A stretch of DNA of 64,000 nt, taken from positions 64,916,001 to 64,980,000 of the forward strand of contig NW_024704743.1 of NCBI RefSeq assembly GCF_018977255.1, read 5' to 3'. Under the pieces are notes generated by a model, which worked only from the letters and a program-made list of their open reading frames with translations, was not told the origin of the DNA and ran no database searches. Below are positions 38,856 to 52,300 of this stretch, piece after piece; the stretch's first letter is position 1; each line of letters begins with the position of its first letter. The translations under genes and the position numbers were made by a program. This stretch comes from Callorhinchus milii (Eukaryota).

Positions 38856-41800
38856 TTTAAAATTAAACTCGATGCTTTAGAGATAATCTTGTTTCTTTCA
38901 ATCCCTTTCAGCAAAGTTACACATTAAAAATATTATCAAAGAATTACTGTATCCATCATATAAACCAGGTACAGTACAAAGAAAACAAAAACAGTGGATT
39001 CATTTTTGTTTGAATACTTACAGACTCGAGTTTCACATAGGATTACACAGTCACTTAAGCAGTGAATCACACACCCTGACCAATCACTGAGCCTCCTCTG
39101 CCTGATGCAATCATTTCCCACACTGACTATTAGTGTTCTCGTTTACTTTGTCGGCCCAAAAAACCTTAAAGAATTTTTAAGATCCCGCACATGATATCAT
39201 TCAAAATTGCACACGTTTATATTAATAGACAAAAGGAACACTTTAGTAATTTATTTTATAGTGAATAATTGGCAAACGTAGAATTTGCTATGTTTGCCAA
39301 TTATCCCACACAATGGGTGGCTTATAGTAGCTGATGTCATCAAAATACAATTTAAGCACTGGAACTTCCTCTCCACTCCTTAGTACTGGATTCCAGCAAC
39401 TTCAGGTTTAGCTGCCTGCAGCAATAATGATTGGTTTCAGTCAGCTAGCAATTATGTACTATTACTTTTACAAAGGATGTAACTTTACAACATGCTACTA
39501 TTTTACTTTTAAGAAAATCGGATGCCTATATAGCAGTCGGGCAGCTCTGCACATCTAGTTTGAAGAGTTGATCCAACCCCAATAGAATCACACAAAAAAT
39601 TATGACTTAGGAGGGTTAAACCTTCATCTATCTGAAATCAACTCTGAATTCATGGTAAACTTCATCTGGAAAGACTATTAGTCAATTTTCATTCACAAAA
39701 TAAGGACTTGGGAGAATTGGGATCTATATTGTCAAAAAAAAGGCAAATTCTGTAAAAAAAAAGGAACTATTTTAAACAATTTAACATGCACAACCCAAAA
39801 TCTACCTGGGTGCAGTGCCCAACAATGGCCATGTGCACACATCCCAAAACCTGCCTCACTGCAATGCTGATACTAGAAATGTGCACCCATTGTAATGTGA
39901 ATGCCCCCCAAAAATTGTGTTTTAAAAATTCAATTCTGATCAAAAATGTTTTAAAAATTTACTGATTAACTCACGTAAAATATAGTAAGTATCGCTTGAG
40001 ATGTCTCAAAGACGTGATAATGCGTTATATTAAATGATATTATATATTATTATTCATCTGAGGACATTTAGTTAAGAGAAACTAGAGCCCTGATTTTACA
40101 AACTAGCAAACGGTACACAATTTATTTAATTTTGCAATAGTTAACCCTTTTAGTTTTTTTTAAACTAGAAGAAAACAAAGCGTGTTACTATTCAGACCTG
40201 GATCAATAATAGGACCTAAAATGCAGATTCAAATGCATGCCATTAATATCAACATTAAATTACTACAAGAGCAGAGGTTGCATGTTCAGCATGACACAAT
40301 ATTCCTTGCATTTAATATAGCGCTTTGTCATGTTGAAGTTTCTCAGTGCTTCAGTTTTTCTGTAAAATTGTATACACACCAACAATGTTACAGAAAAACT
40401 CAAGTCACATATGAGAATAGGTTTTAAGACATTTGTTGTCACAAATATGAACAGTGTTAAGACATATGATGCCATTCAGATCACTACACATTGATATTGA
40501 TTAAGGATGCATTAGCAATTTTGTAAAGTTGTATAACAGGAGATACATATGTATTCAATTCATTCAGATCAATCTAAATGTATCATTAATGATCTCCATT
40601 TAATGGCAAGCTATGTGATTTTAGCTGGTTAGACTCCAACAGTACCAATGCCTTGGCACTTGCCAACCTGCGCTTAATACTTTCCAGAATTAGTAAAGCA
40701 GGATATGACCCTCCAGGGAGAGAGCGCACATTCCATTCCAACAATTTATCTCTGGGATTTCCACGTGTAGGTGGGATGCATGAATTTTCAGCTTGGTTTG
40801 GATACTCGTAAGCTCGGTGATGGGTTTCTGCATGTGTCAGATACCCGGCTGACCAAAAAACAGAAAAGCTAATTTACTAAAACCTTCAGGAGTCAATTTA
40901 TCTGGATATAAAGAAAATGTATTTTGTATCACAAAATTTTACTTTGGTTAACTGATGTTCAAGCATCCTCTAGTGGCGATTCTCATGCATGCAATTTGGA
41001 AAACTGCATTATGAAGCTTCCAAAATCAAAAGATGATGTTACATTCAGTTTAATGCATTCAGTAACAGTTGAAGAGAAACAATATAAGAGTTGGAGGCAA
41101 TTCTAGGAGAGGCGTGTTTACGAAAAATGAAGATGCTTCAAACCCATTGCTAGGTTTACAAACCTGACTTAACCTGGGAACAGGGATTCTTCTAACTCAG
41201 TGGCTGTTAATCCTGCAAGCGAACAACCTAATGTGTAAAGTGGCCCTAGCTTGGAGGAAGCAAAAAGCTTGCCAATGGTATGTTAGTGGTTAATTCTAAC
41301 AGGACTCCAATGGACATTCTAGTATCCCGAGGCCTTGGCTCTCATCAGCCTCAGCTCTCCAGGATCAGGTAAACTGGGCACGTCCCTCCAGGGAAGATGC
41401 ATACCAAACAAACAGGAACCATACACACAGTGCTGCACCCATTAAAAGGCACTTATTTATAGCACTAATAGTTATAAACTGGTTACAATATGAACCTCAT
41501 TTCATTGCACAAACGTGCAGTCAGCATGCTTGCTACCCGTATGCATGCCAACTCTTAGGTGAAAGCGACTGATTTCCGAAACACAAGGCTATTGACATTA
41601 CTTCCTGTATGTTGTGCAGGTGCAGTACACAGGGAGCGATGTCTGCAGCAACCAGATGACCCAGAAGTCAGTCATTTTAGCTTTTATGCATTAAAAACAG
41701 CCAACTTCCAGGTCATCAAGTTCCTAATCTGCATATGCTCAGGAAGCAATTCGGCTGGTTATGCATGTGCTGTTAAACCAGCTATCATAGCCTCAAGACA

Positions 41801-41859
41801 GCATGTGTTGGGATTTTATGAACCTCGACCACTGTTTTATAGTGAAGCTCCATGTGCTG

Positions 41860-42392
41860 GAGTATAAGGAGGTGCTTCTCCAGTTATATGAAATGCTGGT
41901 CAGACCATATTTGTAATACTTTGATCAATTTGGGCATCCCATTTTTGAAAGGATATCCTAGCCTTGGAGTGTGTACAGTGACCCACAAGACAAATACCTA
42001 GGTTGAAAGGGCTGAGCAATGCTGAAGCCTGATAGACTGAGGTTATATTCCTTACAGTAAAAACAGTTAAGAAATTATTTGATTGATGTATTTAAATAAT
42101 GAAAGGAATTGACAGGTTAGATACTGGATAATCCTTCCTATTTATAGTTTCTAAATAAGGTAGCATGGCCTTAAAATCAATGCTAAGACAGTTAGAGGTT
42201 AGCAAGATGTATAATGGTGCTCCCCAGAAGGCAGAATCAAAAGGGATGTTTAAGATAGATGTTTGGTTCCCTGATGTATTAAAAGGCTTATATTGCAAAA
42301 CGTTTTGTAATCAGGATTAAAAGATCTACCTAGATCTAAAAACTGGTGGAACTGGCATGATGGGCTACTCCTATTCTTGTTTTCATATGTTC
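41860..42392 (+). mobile_element. Degenerate CR1 3' end
   Basis: ctccagttatatgaaatgctggtcagacc; ends in ttcatatgttcttat, a CR1-type tail. Confidence 0.65.
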
Positions 42393-42785
42393 TTATATTA
42401 TATATTCCTACATACTTAATAGTTTTGAAACCCTTACAGAGGTTCATGATAGTTGTTTTTTGAGACAATTTTTTTATTTCCACATTTTTTAGCCAAAATG
42501 ATAATCAGATTTTCGAGTATCTACACAAAAGCTTCCTAGGATAACATCAAATATTTTTATCCTTCCAAAAGTGCCTGTTCTCCACCACAATCAAAAAACT
42601 ATTTTTTTTCACATGGGTAATTACAGACTTTATACCCATCATTTTGTATCACACAGCACTGAAGCAAACAGATACTTACTTGTTTGTAATCAGAAGCAAT
42701 ATAGTAGATAGTTGAGATTTGCTGGGGTATCATGAAAATAATTCATTGTCCCTTGGAGGAATTTAGAGTTTCTTTGTGTCATGTC

Positions 42786-43745
42786 AACAACAACAAGATT
42801 ACATTTGTATACCGCCTTTCACATTGGGAGGATGTCCCAAGGCGCTGGACAGTGTATAGCTTTTCAGACCCGAGCTGGGGTCAGGGGGGAGAAGGGAGGG
42901 GAGGGGGGTTACCAATAGCATGGTCGAAGAGGAGGGTTTTGAGGCGGACCTGAAGGAGATGGTGAGGCAGAGTGATTGGGGGATGGAGTTCCAGAGGTTG
43001 GGGGCAGAGTGGCTGAAGGCTCTCCTGCCAATGATGGGGCGGGTGGGTTGGGGGACGTGGAACAGGCCGGAGCCGGCTGAGCGGAGAGGTTGTAGGGGGT
43101 TAGGAGGTCACAGAAGTAGGGTGGGGCGAGGCCATGGAGGGTTTTGTAGGTGAGGACCAGGATTTTGAACTGGATCCTCTGAAGGATAGGGAGCCAATGG
43201 AGTCGGGCGAGAATGGGGGAGATGGTGTCCCGAGTTTGGTGCGGGAGAGGACACGGGCTGCAGAGTTTTGGATTATCTGCAGCCTGTGGAGGGAGGAGTT
43301 GGGAAGATCGACGAACAGGGCGTTTGCATAATCGAGCCTGGAGGTGATGAAGGCATGAACAAGTTTCAGTGGCCTGAGGGGTGAGGTATGTAGATATTAA
43401 AGAGGAGAGGGCCAAGGACAGAGCCCTGGGGGACGCCAGACGTGACAGTGCGGGGGCTGGAGGAGAAACTGTTAGAGGCAGCAAAGTGGAGACGGTGAGA
43501 GAGATAAGAATCGAACCAGGCAAGGGCAGGTCTGCGAAGATTGAGTAAGGAGGAGAAGCGGTGTATGAGGATGGAGTGGTCGACAGTGACGAAGGCGCAG
43601 AGAGGTAGAGGAGGACAAGGAGGCAGAGGGAGCCCTGATCACAGATGTTCAGAATGTCATCAGTGAATTTGACCAGGGCTGTTTATGTACTGTGGGCAGC
43701 ACTGAAGCCGGATTGGAGGGGTTCAAAGAGGGAATGTCAAAGACA
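42786..43745 (-). mobile_element. L2 LINE 3' fragment with internal deletion
   Basis: ISPILARLHWLPILQRIQFKILVLTYKTLHGLAPPY; (ttg)n tail. Confidence 0.9.
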
Positions 43746-45854
43746 TTGCGATCATAATGCTCGGCTTTTGGATTTACAGCTTTTAACACTTGCTATTTGC
43801 TGCATGTAGTTGGAAGAATATTTTGAGTATTGATGCCTCGGCAATTGTAATAATTTTCCTCTGAGTAAAAAAAACTCTCCAACCTCCCCTTTCTCTCCAA
43901 AGTCCTGCCACCTGTAGTTGCCATTGAATTTCACGCGAACCTTTTCCTCCACTCCCTGCTTGAGCCCTCCACCCATAGCAGTCACAGTCCTCATTAAAGT
44001 CACCAATAGTTTACTCTTTCTGCAAAATGAATGTTATCTAATTTATATTAGTCATATCCCACATACTTTGGAATCATCAGCAAAATGTCATATTGCATCT
44101 TGGCACGTGTGTGCCCCACACCTCCCTCTCGACTTTTAAAGCCCGTCTTAAGACGTACGTCTTTGAGCGTGTTTTTGGAATCTCCCCTCCACCCCTCCCT
44201 TCCCAAGCTCAGCTGAATAGCCAGCTGTGTAAAGCACTTTGAGACATCCTTCCAATGGGCAAAGTACTATTTAAATGTAAATTGTATAACTGTATTGTAG
44301 TAAGTCTCTCCCAAGTCATTTATGAACAGTTTGAACAGTCGGAGACCTAGAACAGAGCCCTGAATTCACTACACAGTGTCCTCAATAGAGGTTTTCTATG
44401 ATGATCTCTTGTTTGCTACTCTATTAGACTCAAACGTAGCTGGATGCATAGGCCTCTTCCCCATAACAGACATGACAGAGCAGCATCATTAAAGGGAAGT
44501 CTTCGCAAGCCTGAAAAATAGACATTACTGTATTCAAATATTTTTTTTTCCAAGACAGGTTGGGGAAGTACTTTGAACAGGGCGTGGTAGTTCTGTTTTC
44601 TATCTCTTAGCTATTTCTTAGCTTACAATTATAGTGCAAAATTCAACATGAACCTAGAACATTTAACCCAAAATCCATTTGATTATTTGCTCCTGTTACA
44701 GGTCGCACAAACAAACTTAACATTTGTTTTTTTTTAAATAAAACTTTTGCAAAAATATAGAGGTTAGACATTAGCACAGAGCAAACCCGCAAATGAGAAA
44801 ATCTTTAGTGTTTTGTCCAGTTAAATTCTATTACTGTAAGTTGCAGTAAACTCCAGATAACTCAACCCTGGCTTAACTTATCATTATTACTTAATATCCC
44901 AACCGCTGCCCATGCAAAATGTTAATAAAAGCCTCTGCTTTACTTGTCATCCATTTGACACAACTAGTCACACTCTAGAAATTATTATAAGTACTTACAT
45001 TGTAAAATTGATTGGATAAGATGCTAAAAGATGACATCTTCCATCACAGAGGTCTCCTGTCCTATCCTGTGACTGTTGTGGGTGCTCAGTGGAGGTTAAA
45101 TGCACAAGCTCAGATGCATTGCAGAGGCCTCTGGTCTATTGGAGGGCTATGCGTAGCCTCTGCCCTACATCCCACACTATAGGGCAGGAGGCCACAGCAC
45201 AGCCCTCTAATAGATCACAGGCTCCTAAGACAGGATAGAACGGGCCTCCAATAGACTGGAGGCTCCACAAAGCATCTGAGCATGTGCATCCAACCTCCAC
45301 CAAGCGCCTGCAGCAATACCAGTGCCCCTGGGGTCCTCAAGCCTTGGCTCCAGCAAACATGCGCCTAACACTTTCCATGATGTGTCCCTCCAGGGAGAGA
45401 GTGGGCATTCCCATTCCAACAATCTATCTCTGGAATTTTCCTGGCCCAACTAGCCACTGTAGATAATTAGTCAATGAGCCCTTTTCCCTTGGAATGCTGA
45501 GTTATGAGAAGTTTACTGTATTTCCTCTGCAGTCCATACAACTTCATTTTAGTAAGATTCATTTTCAGTGCTTTGATAACTAATAACCATCTCATCATAA
45601 ACTATGCCGCAGCATATTTAATTTATTCTCAATAATGTAAAACATACGGTTTTCCATCTGGAATGCGGTTATATGAGGTTTATGTTTTCTCAGAACATCA
45701 ATTGCAAAAGTAGCTTCAGACTTTTAATTTTAAACATTCACAATAAAGTTAATCTCACAAAGATTTTACATGTCCTTAATCTATTTCTTTAAAAGAATTT
45801 CAATACAAGAAAAGAACCAATACCAACATTTCCACAATTTGACCTCTTACGTCT

Positions 45855-46697
45855 GCAATATTCTAGGGCACTGCTGATGACAACACAGCCAGCCTCGCTC
45901 ATCGGCAGGACTTGTTGAGTGGCAGATCAGTCACTGGGACAGGGACTTGTCCAACTCAGCTCCTGTTAACCCTGCAAGCCAAATCCCTAATGTGTAGGGT
46001 GGTCCTAGCTGGACAAGCAGCGGGAAAGCTTGCCAAACAGTACTATCAACAACAACAACTTGGATTTATATAGCGCCCTCCACGCCAGACGGCGTCTCAG
46101 AGCGCTTTACAGTAACGGATCCCGGTACTGAGCCAGGGGGAGGAAGGTGACCAAAGGCGCAGTCAAAAAGAAAGATCTTCAGCAGAGACCTGAAAATGGG
46201 AAGGGAGGGAGCGAGATGAAGGGAGTGAGGAAGGCAGTTCCAGAGCCTCGGGGCATAGTGGCTGAAGGCACGGCTGCCGAGGATGGAGCGGAGGACTCGG
46301 GGGGCGAAGAGGAGGCCAGACCCGGAGGAATGGAGGCAACGGGTACTGTTTTGAGAAGAGAGGTCAAAGAGGTAGGGGGGTGCAGAGGAGTGCAGGGACT
46401 TGAATACAAGGGTGAGGATCTTGAAATTGATGGCAAGCTATAGGGTTTTAGCTGGTTAAGATTATCAGTACCTCAACGCACAATCTGGGGTCCTCAAGCC
46501 TTGGCTCCAGCGAACATGTGCCTAATGCTTTACGGAATTAGATAAGCATGATGTGTCCCTCCAGGGAGAGATTGGGCATTCCCATTCCAACAATCTATTT
46601 CTGGAATTTCCATCTGGATGCATGGAAATCTCAGTTTGGTTTGGAGACTCTTATGCATGGGTTTTCGCATGTGTCAGACACCGGGCTGACCAAAAAG
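45855..46697 (+). repeat. Unclassified interspersed repeat (most complete copy), split by an L2 fragment at 46047-46430
   Basis: Shared blocks gctcatcggcaggacttg, ctgttaaccctgcaagccaaa, gtgtccctccagggagag, catgtgtcaga...ggctgaccaaaaa recur about ten times. Confidence 0.75.
46047..46430 (-). mobile_element. L2 3' end of a second subfamily
   Basis: (aac)n-ttggatttatatagcgccctccacgcc; closely matches 10113-10390. Confidence 0.85.
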
Positions 46698-48305
46698 GGC
46701 AAAACTGAAAGTTACTTAAAGAAGCAATTATTCATTAAATTTCCAATTTTTTTTGCATTATCTGTATTGAGCAGATTTAAGATTATACACTATGGTTTAT
46801 TTCATGGCAACTGTCAAGGGCTTTGGGATGTCCTCACATTGTGTAAAGCACTACATAAGTGCAACTGTTATTATGTAAATTTTATTTTATGTGTATATGC
46901 ATGTGCATTCTAACCTTGCAGATGCAATTAACTGCAATGCTTGTCAACAAACAGTTACTACACTTCAGAAAATGACTGGCTACTTACTTCAGGACATTCA
47001 TTGACATGATGGGATATTCACCATAAAATGCAAGTTCTTTAGTAATCACTATGTGTAAATTGCATGTAAACCATGTGTAGAGGGATTTACGGGTTCCCTT
47101 AATAATGTCATTAACAAATGAAGGGGGACAGCCTGTGGCCTGAAATAAATAGACCCGCAGAATGAAAAGGGTGGTTCAGCAGGTGAATGGTGGAAGGATG
47201 GCTCTACTTAAAATAACATTACTTGAACCTGTTAGTTCAAGACAATGATGGAAATATATTGCTTCACATATTCTCCATGCGTACCTCTAGCCCACTAAAT
47301 CCAAAATAACCGCAGTAGAATGGGTAGAAAGACCTTTTACCTTGCTTGAGGGCATTCTTTCCTGAAAGGTGGTGATAATGCAATATGCACTGCACCAACC
47401 ACATATTAATCACATGATTGTCTTTATGTTTAGAGAGATGCTGCAAACAATAGAACTGTCCTGCAATCTGGACACTCCAACGCAGTGTTGAGCGAGCAGA
47501 GCATAATCATAGGAGAAGTGCTTTCGTTCAGACAAACCTAGGTCTCTGCTGTCTGTTCAAATGGATGCAAAATAATAACACAACTTGAAAAANGAGAGCT
47601 TCTCCCAGTGTTATTATAAATTTGGAAAATAAAGAGTATTCTTCCTACAAACCTGAAGGAATGACATCGTGGGAAATGAAATTGCTGCTACATGGAGCTG
47701 AATGGAATAGGATTTTAAAATCAAAGAACCAATTGGAAAACCCATAAAGCATTCACCGTCAACAATCTCTATGTCCTGCCCCACAAAATTCAACATATCA
47801 AGTGGAATCTGTACAGAAACAAGCTAAGAATCTGATCTGACTATTGGAACAGAGGTCTTTCATGCAGGGGAATAAAATCGAAAGTATGCCACTCAAATCC
47901 AGAATCTAATAAATCATGATGCACAATGCCAATATGGATTTGCCAAAACCCCCCTTTACTTTCCAGCACCTTGGGATGTCCTCCGGACGTGAAAGGCGCT
48001 ATACAAATGTAATTTGGCTGTTATTCCTTGATGTTGTACTCTGATTTTCTATACAACCATAGATTTACATGTTTTGATTCTCAGCATTTGCATTTTTCTT
48101 GAGAAACACTGTTGCGGCTAAGCGCTAAAATAACCATCAATCCGAATCGATAATAGCTTTGGAGCCAATTTAGCCTAGAATATTGCTGCAACTGAAGTCA
48201 AGAACTACATAAATTCTCCCTGGTGGTGTCTGGAGCTATTTTAGTTGCATGTAGAAGTTATTGAAATAGATTTTGCTAATGTTTGATTGTAATGTTTAAG
48301 CCAAA

Positions 48306-49000
48306 CTACAGATGAAACCCATTTATAACACAAGTTCACGTATAGTGTGCTCGAAGTAGAGACCCAACATTTACCCACCAAAAAATCTAAATAGCCAGCC
48401 TGTCCCCATGCTAGCAATGACCGACTTCAAGGTCATCAGTGACATCACATGCTGCACACTGCATATAAGTGACGGAGGCAATCTGATGAGCTGGAAGTCA
48501 GACATTTTTAGTGCGGGAGCTGGCTGGCACTCAGAAAGAGCCACCGAGCAGCATGCATACAAAATAAATGTGAAAGCACAAAACAGTGATGCAGTCCCAT
48601 CATAAGGTTGGAATTTCATTGGTCCACTTATAAAGGAGTTACTATAAAGTAGCTCAGTGGTTAGAGCATTCGTTTCGTAAGCAAGAGAACTGGGTTCGAT
48701 TCCTGAGTAGGGCGAAATGTTGGGCAAGTTTCCTTACTCCACAAGCCTCTGATTATCCAGCAGCAAGTAGAAACCCGGTTGTTAGTTGATTGGCGGATCG
48801 CTTTTCCGGGGGTAATAATTCTTTTTTTTATAAAAAAAATGAATTGGTCATTCAATCCATAACTGTTTGTGGGACACTGTTGTGTGCAATTGGCTGCTGC
48901 GTTTCACCCACAAAATAGTCAATTCACTTTACAATATATTCTGTGAAGCGTGATAAGGCACAATATCAAATGCAAGGATTATTATAAAGGAGTTCTACTA
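48306..49000. mobile_element. Tigger-like MITE carrying an inserted subfamily-B SINE (48648-48985, +); related MITE pieces near 37590-37790 and 41480-41845
   Basis: Shared internal gacttc(c/a)aggtcatcag motif; SINE head gtagctcagtggttagagc. Confidence 0.6.
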
Positions 49001-49178
49001 GAATACTTTCAATAAAAGCTAAACATACCAACTTAATATTTTAATACGTCTTGACGTTCAAGAATTTAGCTCGTAAGAATGCTACACTATATAAATGTAT
49101 ACCAGTTAAGACTGAGTTAGGCTTTACTTAAATACTGTATCTTGAAAGGCGTTTGTATTTTAAGTGAAGGATACTCAC

Positions 49179-49317
49179 ATGGCTGTGGGGAGGTTGACTC
49201 TGAGGCACCGAACCAGGAGTCAACACTGGTGAGCTGGCAGGACTACAAAGCTCTGGAAAAGGGTTTGGGATAGTAGGCAAAGATGATGTACGAAACTGTT
49301 CTTCTTCCTGGAGTCTT
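49179..49317 (-). CDS. GRB10: GRB10 exon, 139 nt (Pro-rich): [46 protein letters not shown]
   Basis: atacag|a...cat|gtgagt; [10 protein letters not shown] family signature. Confidence 0.96.
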
Positions 49318-52300
49318 CTGTATGTGAAAATTACAAATAAGATACTTTGGATTTGGTTTCAATGATTCAGCCAAGTCGACACAAAAGAAAAAGGTAATTT
49401 AGTAATTTACTTTTGGATGCCCGTCTCCATGATCATCTCTTCAGATGTATATTAATAAGAAAATAGTCATTTTTAAAAACTTCCATTTTATTTTGGGCCC
49501 AATTAACATTTTAGAAAGGATTCCCTCACTTTGATGATCTCAAATGACCACATATAATCATAGACTTACTCAAACCTAGTTCACAACCACCACTAAACTA
49601 GACTTTGTTAACTGCAACTGAAAATCTCTTCATCTTCTGAGTTCTTGCTTAGCACTAACATAATTGTAATCCAAACATATTCAAAGTCTCGGGACAGAAT
49701 GAGTCATGAATTATAGGGGAGAAGAAAGAAGTACAAGTATTTTAAGACCACTGATCCCCACAGACTGGAGGAAAAGATGCCTATAATTTAGCAGGTTGGC
49801 CTAAATATCTTCCTAACCCTAGTCATAAATTGACATATATCTAGGCTGATGTTCTTTCAATTTGTATGTCACACCTTCTCTAATCTATGCAACTATGTAT
49901 CTACCCACTCAAGTATCATTTAATGTCTGTTGTAAGGATTACTGTCGCATTTCAATTTTAGACATCTTGTAGATAGGATTTCTTTCTAATGATTTCTGCA
50001 TTCCTTTGAGCAGAGATTTAGCCCAACACATACAGAACTAGTTTGGAAGAAACCAAATCTGGTATGAATCATTTCAAACCTTCACTAGAAGGCTTCCTGA
50101 TATTCCATGAAAGAACTGTCAAGGTGCTGGAAAAAATTAGTTTAGGCTGATCGAAGTCTATATAGTCAGGTTTGGTCTCTGGGTATTTCAACAATGTTCC
50201 GTAAAATGAGTTCTCACAATTAACAGGACCAGATTTGGATGCTCGAGTCTTTATTTTCAGATATAAGGTTTCATGCAACACGGTTAAAATAGACTGAAAC
50301 ACAGAATGTGACTGTTTGTTAGGAAGTTCAATTTCCTGTCAACATCTAAATTTGACTTCTTGTGATTATTTACAACATGTTTATCTATATACTTGACAAA
50401 AAGACTGTACACAATTTGATTTCTTCCTTGTTGAAAGGAAAGTCAACAGTAACAGCCTCCCCAATACTAGTTACATCCAACATTATGATGGTATGAGAAG
50501 TCTATGATCCAAATCTGATAATCAGAAGAAATCATGAGTGACTGAAAAAATGGAACAAAAGATGCAACACAAAATGGACTGAATTTGTGCCTAGTGTTAA
50601 TGAATAGGATACAAGATCATAGAGAATCCAAATTGCTTCTTTGTAAAATCAGTTTAACTTTGAATTCAGCTGATCTTCTACAAAATATGAAATACTACAG
50701 GACAAAGACTTATTCACTATTCATAGAACCAGATTCCTCAGCCAGTTGATAGAACTAATGAAACTGGTGCACTTAAACACCTGATATTAAAAACCTGAAT
50801 TGGATACTTTAAAATGGAATTGGACTGGATGGCTATTTTAGTAATGAATAAAACAGGTAAGGAGCCCAGCCAATTTCATAATGCCTCACAAAAGGGGCTC
50901 CTTCATGTACATTTTGATTAATTCCCCTCGTCTGTGGGTCCTGATGACATCTTCCAAAGGCATCATTATTTACATTCTTTCAATTGCTGTTTTAGGCACA
51001 TAATAATTTATAGTTATAAGCATATGTCTTTTCACATCATTTATATTTAAAATAAAAGAGAGCAAGCCCCTATGATTATTACATATGATTTTGAACACCA
51101 AGTAATATTTCTTGTGATCAAGTAGGAAAACAAATTCTTGAATACTGGACAGTTATCATTAAAGCATATACGTTATAAGCTTATGTCTTAAAATAATGAT
51201 GAATTATGATTATATTTCCAAGGAAAAAGTGAGAATTCTTGTGTGTCAGACTCCCCAATAAGTAGAAACAAGTAGAAAAGTCTATTTATGCTCATCCTCC
51301 TGGGTGGCAGGGAGTTGAACTGGCTTCAAGATGACATGCCTGGCAACGGAATGTCAGAATCAAGCCCTCTGTGGTGGTCTCGGGAGTCGAGTTCCTGAGC
51401 CAGGCAGTACTCCTGGGCACTGCTGATGGTGGCACATAATATAGCCTGGCTCATCAACAGGACCTGGGAGGACAGACCAGTCACTGGGGGCAGGGGGGGA
51501 CATCCCGCCCAGTTCCTGTTAACCCTGCAAGCCAAAGCCTTAACGGGTAAGGTGGTCCAAGCTGGACAAGTAGCAGAAAAGCTTGCCAGTCAGTGCTTGT
51601 CCTTTAAACATATCTGGGCTCTTATCCGTTCAGCTTTCTTCCACCTCTGTAGCATTATCCACCAGTTGCCTAACCAAGGTTTATACAAATTCAACATTAT
51701 TGATTTTATTAACAACTCACAGCGGACATACAGTAGGCCAGAGTTGGCTTAGTGGAAGGATTGGTGGGAGACAGAACTGCAGGAGATCACTAAGCAGGGT
51801 ATGGCAAGGATGTGCAGGCATTTCAAAGTTTTTAAAAAAAGGTCTTGAAATCAATTAACTGAGAGGAGAGTAGCCAGAGGAGCCTTGTGAGGATGGGGTG
51901 ATGGGCTTATAGAGCCTGGTAGGGAAAGGATAGTTTTGGATGAACTTTAGCTTGTGAAGGGTTAGCCTGGGAAGGCCAGCTAGGAAGGCATTGGAGAAGT
52001 CATCAGAAGGTGATGAAGGCATGATGAGGATTTCAACTGAACTGGGCGTGAGGATGGGACAGAGGTGAATGTCATAGCTGAGTAGTCAGTGGCAGGGCCA
52101 ACAAATTACATCTATACAACGTTTTTCATGTCATAAGTACTAGCCAAAGCACTGAAGCAGCATAGTTTTAGTTGAAGTTGAAGAAAGAAGTCTCCTCCAG
52201 GACTTGATGTTTGATAAGGAGTCTGCAAGAACAGTAGTGGTCTTAGAATCAAAGTAGAAGCAGAGGTAGTCAGGTATCTTCACATACATATGGAAGTGAA

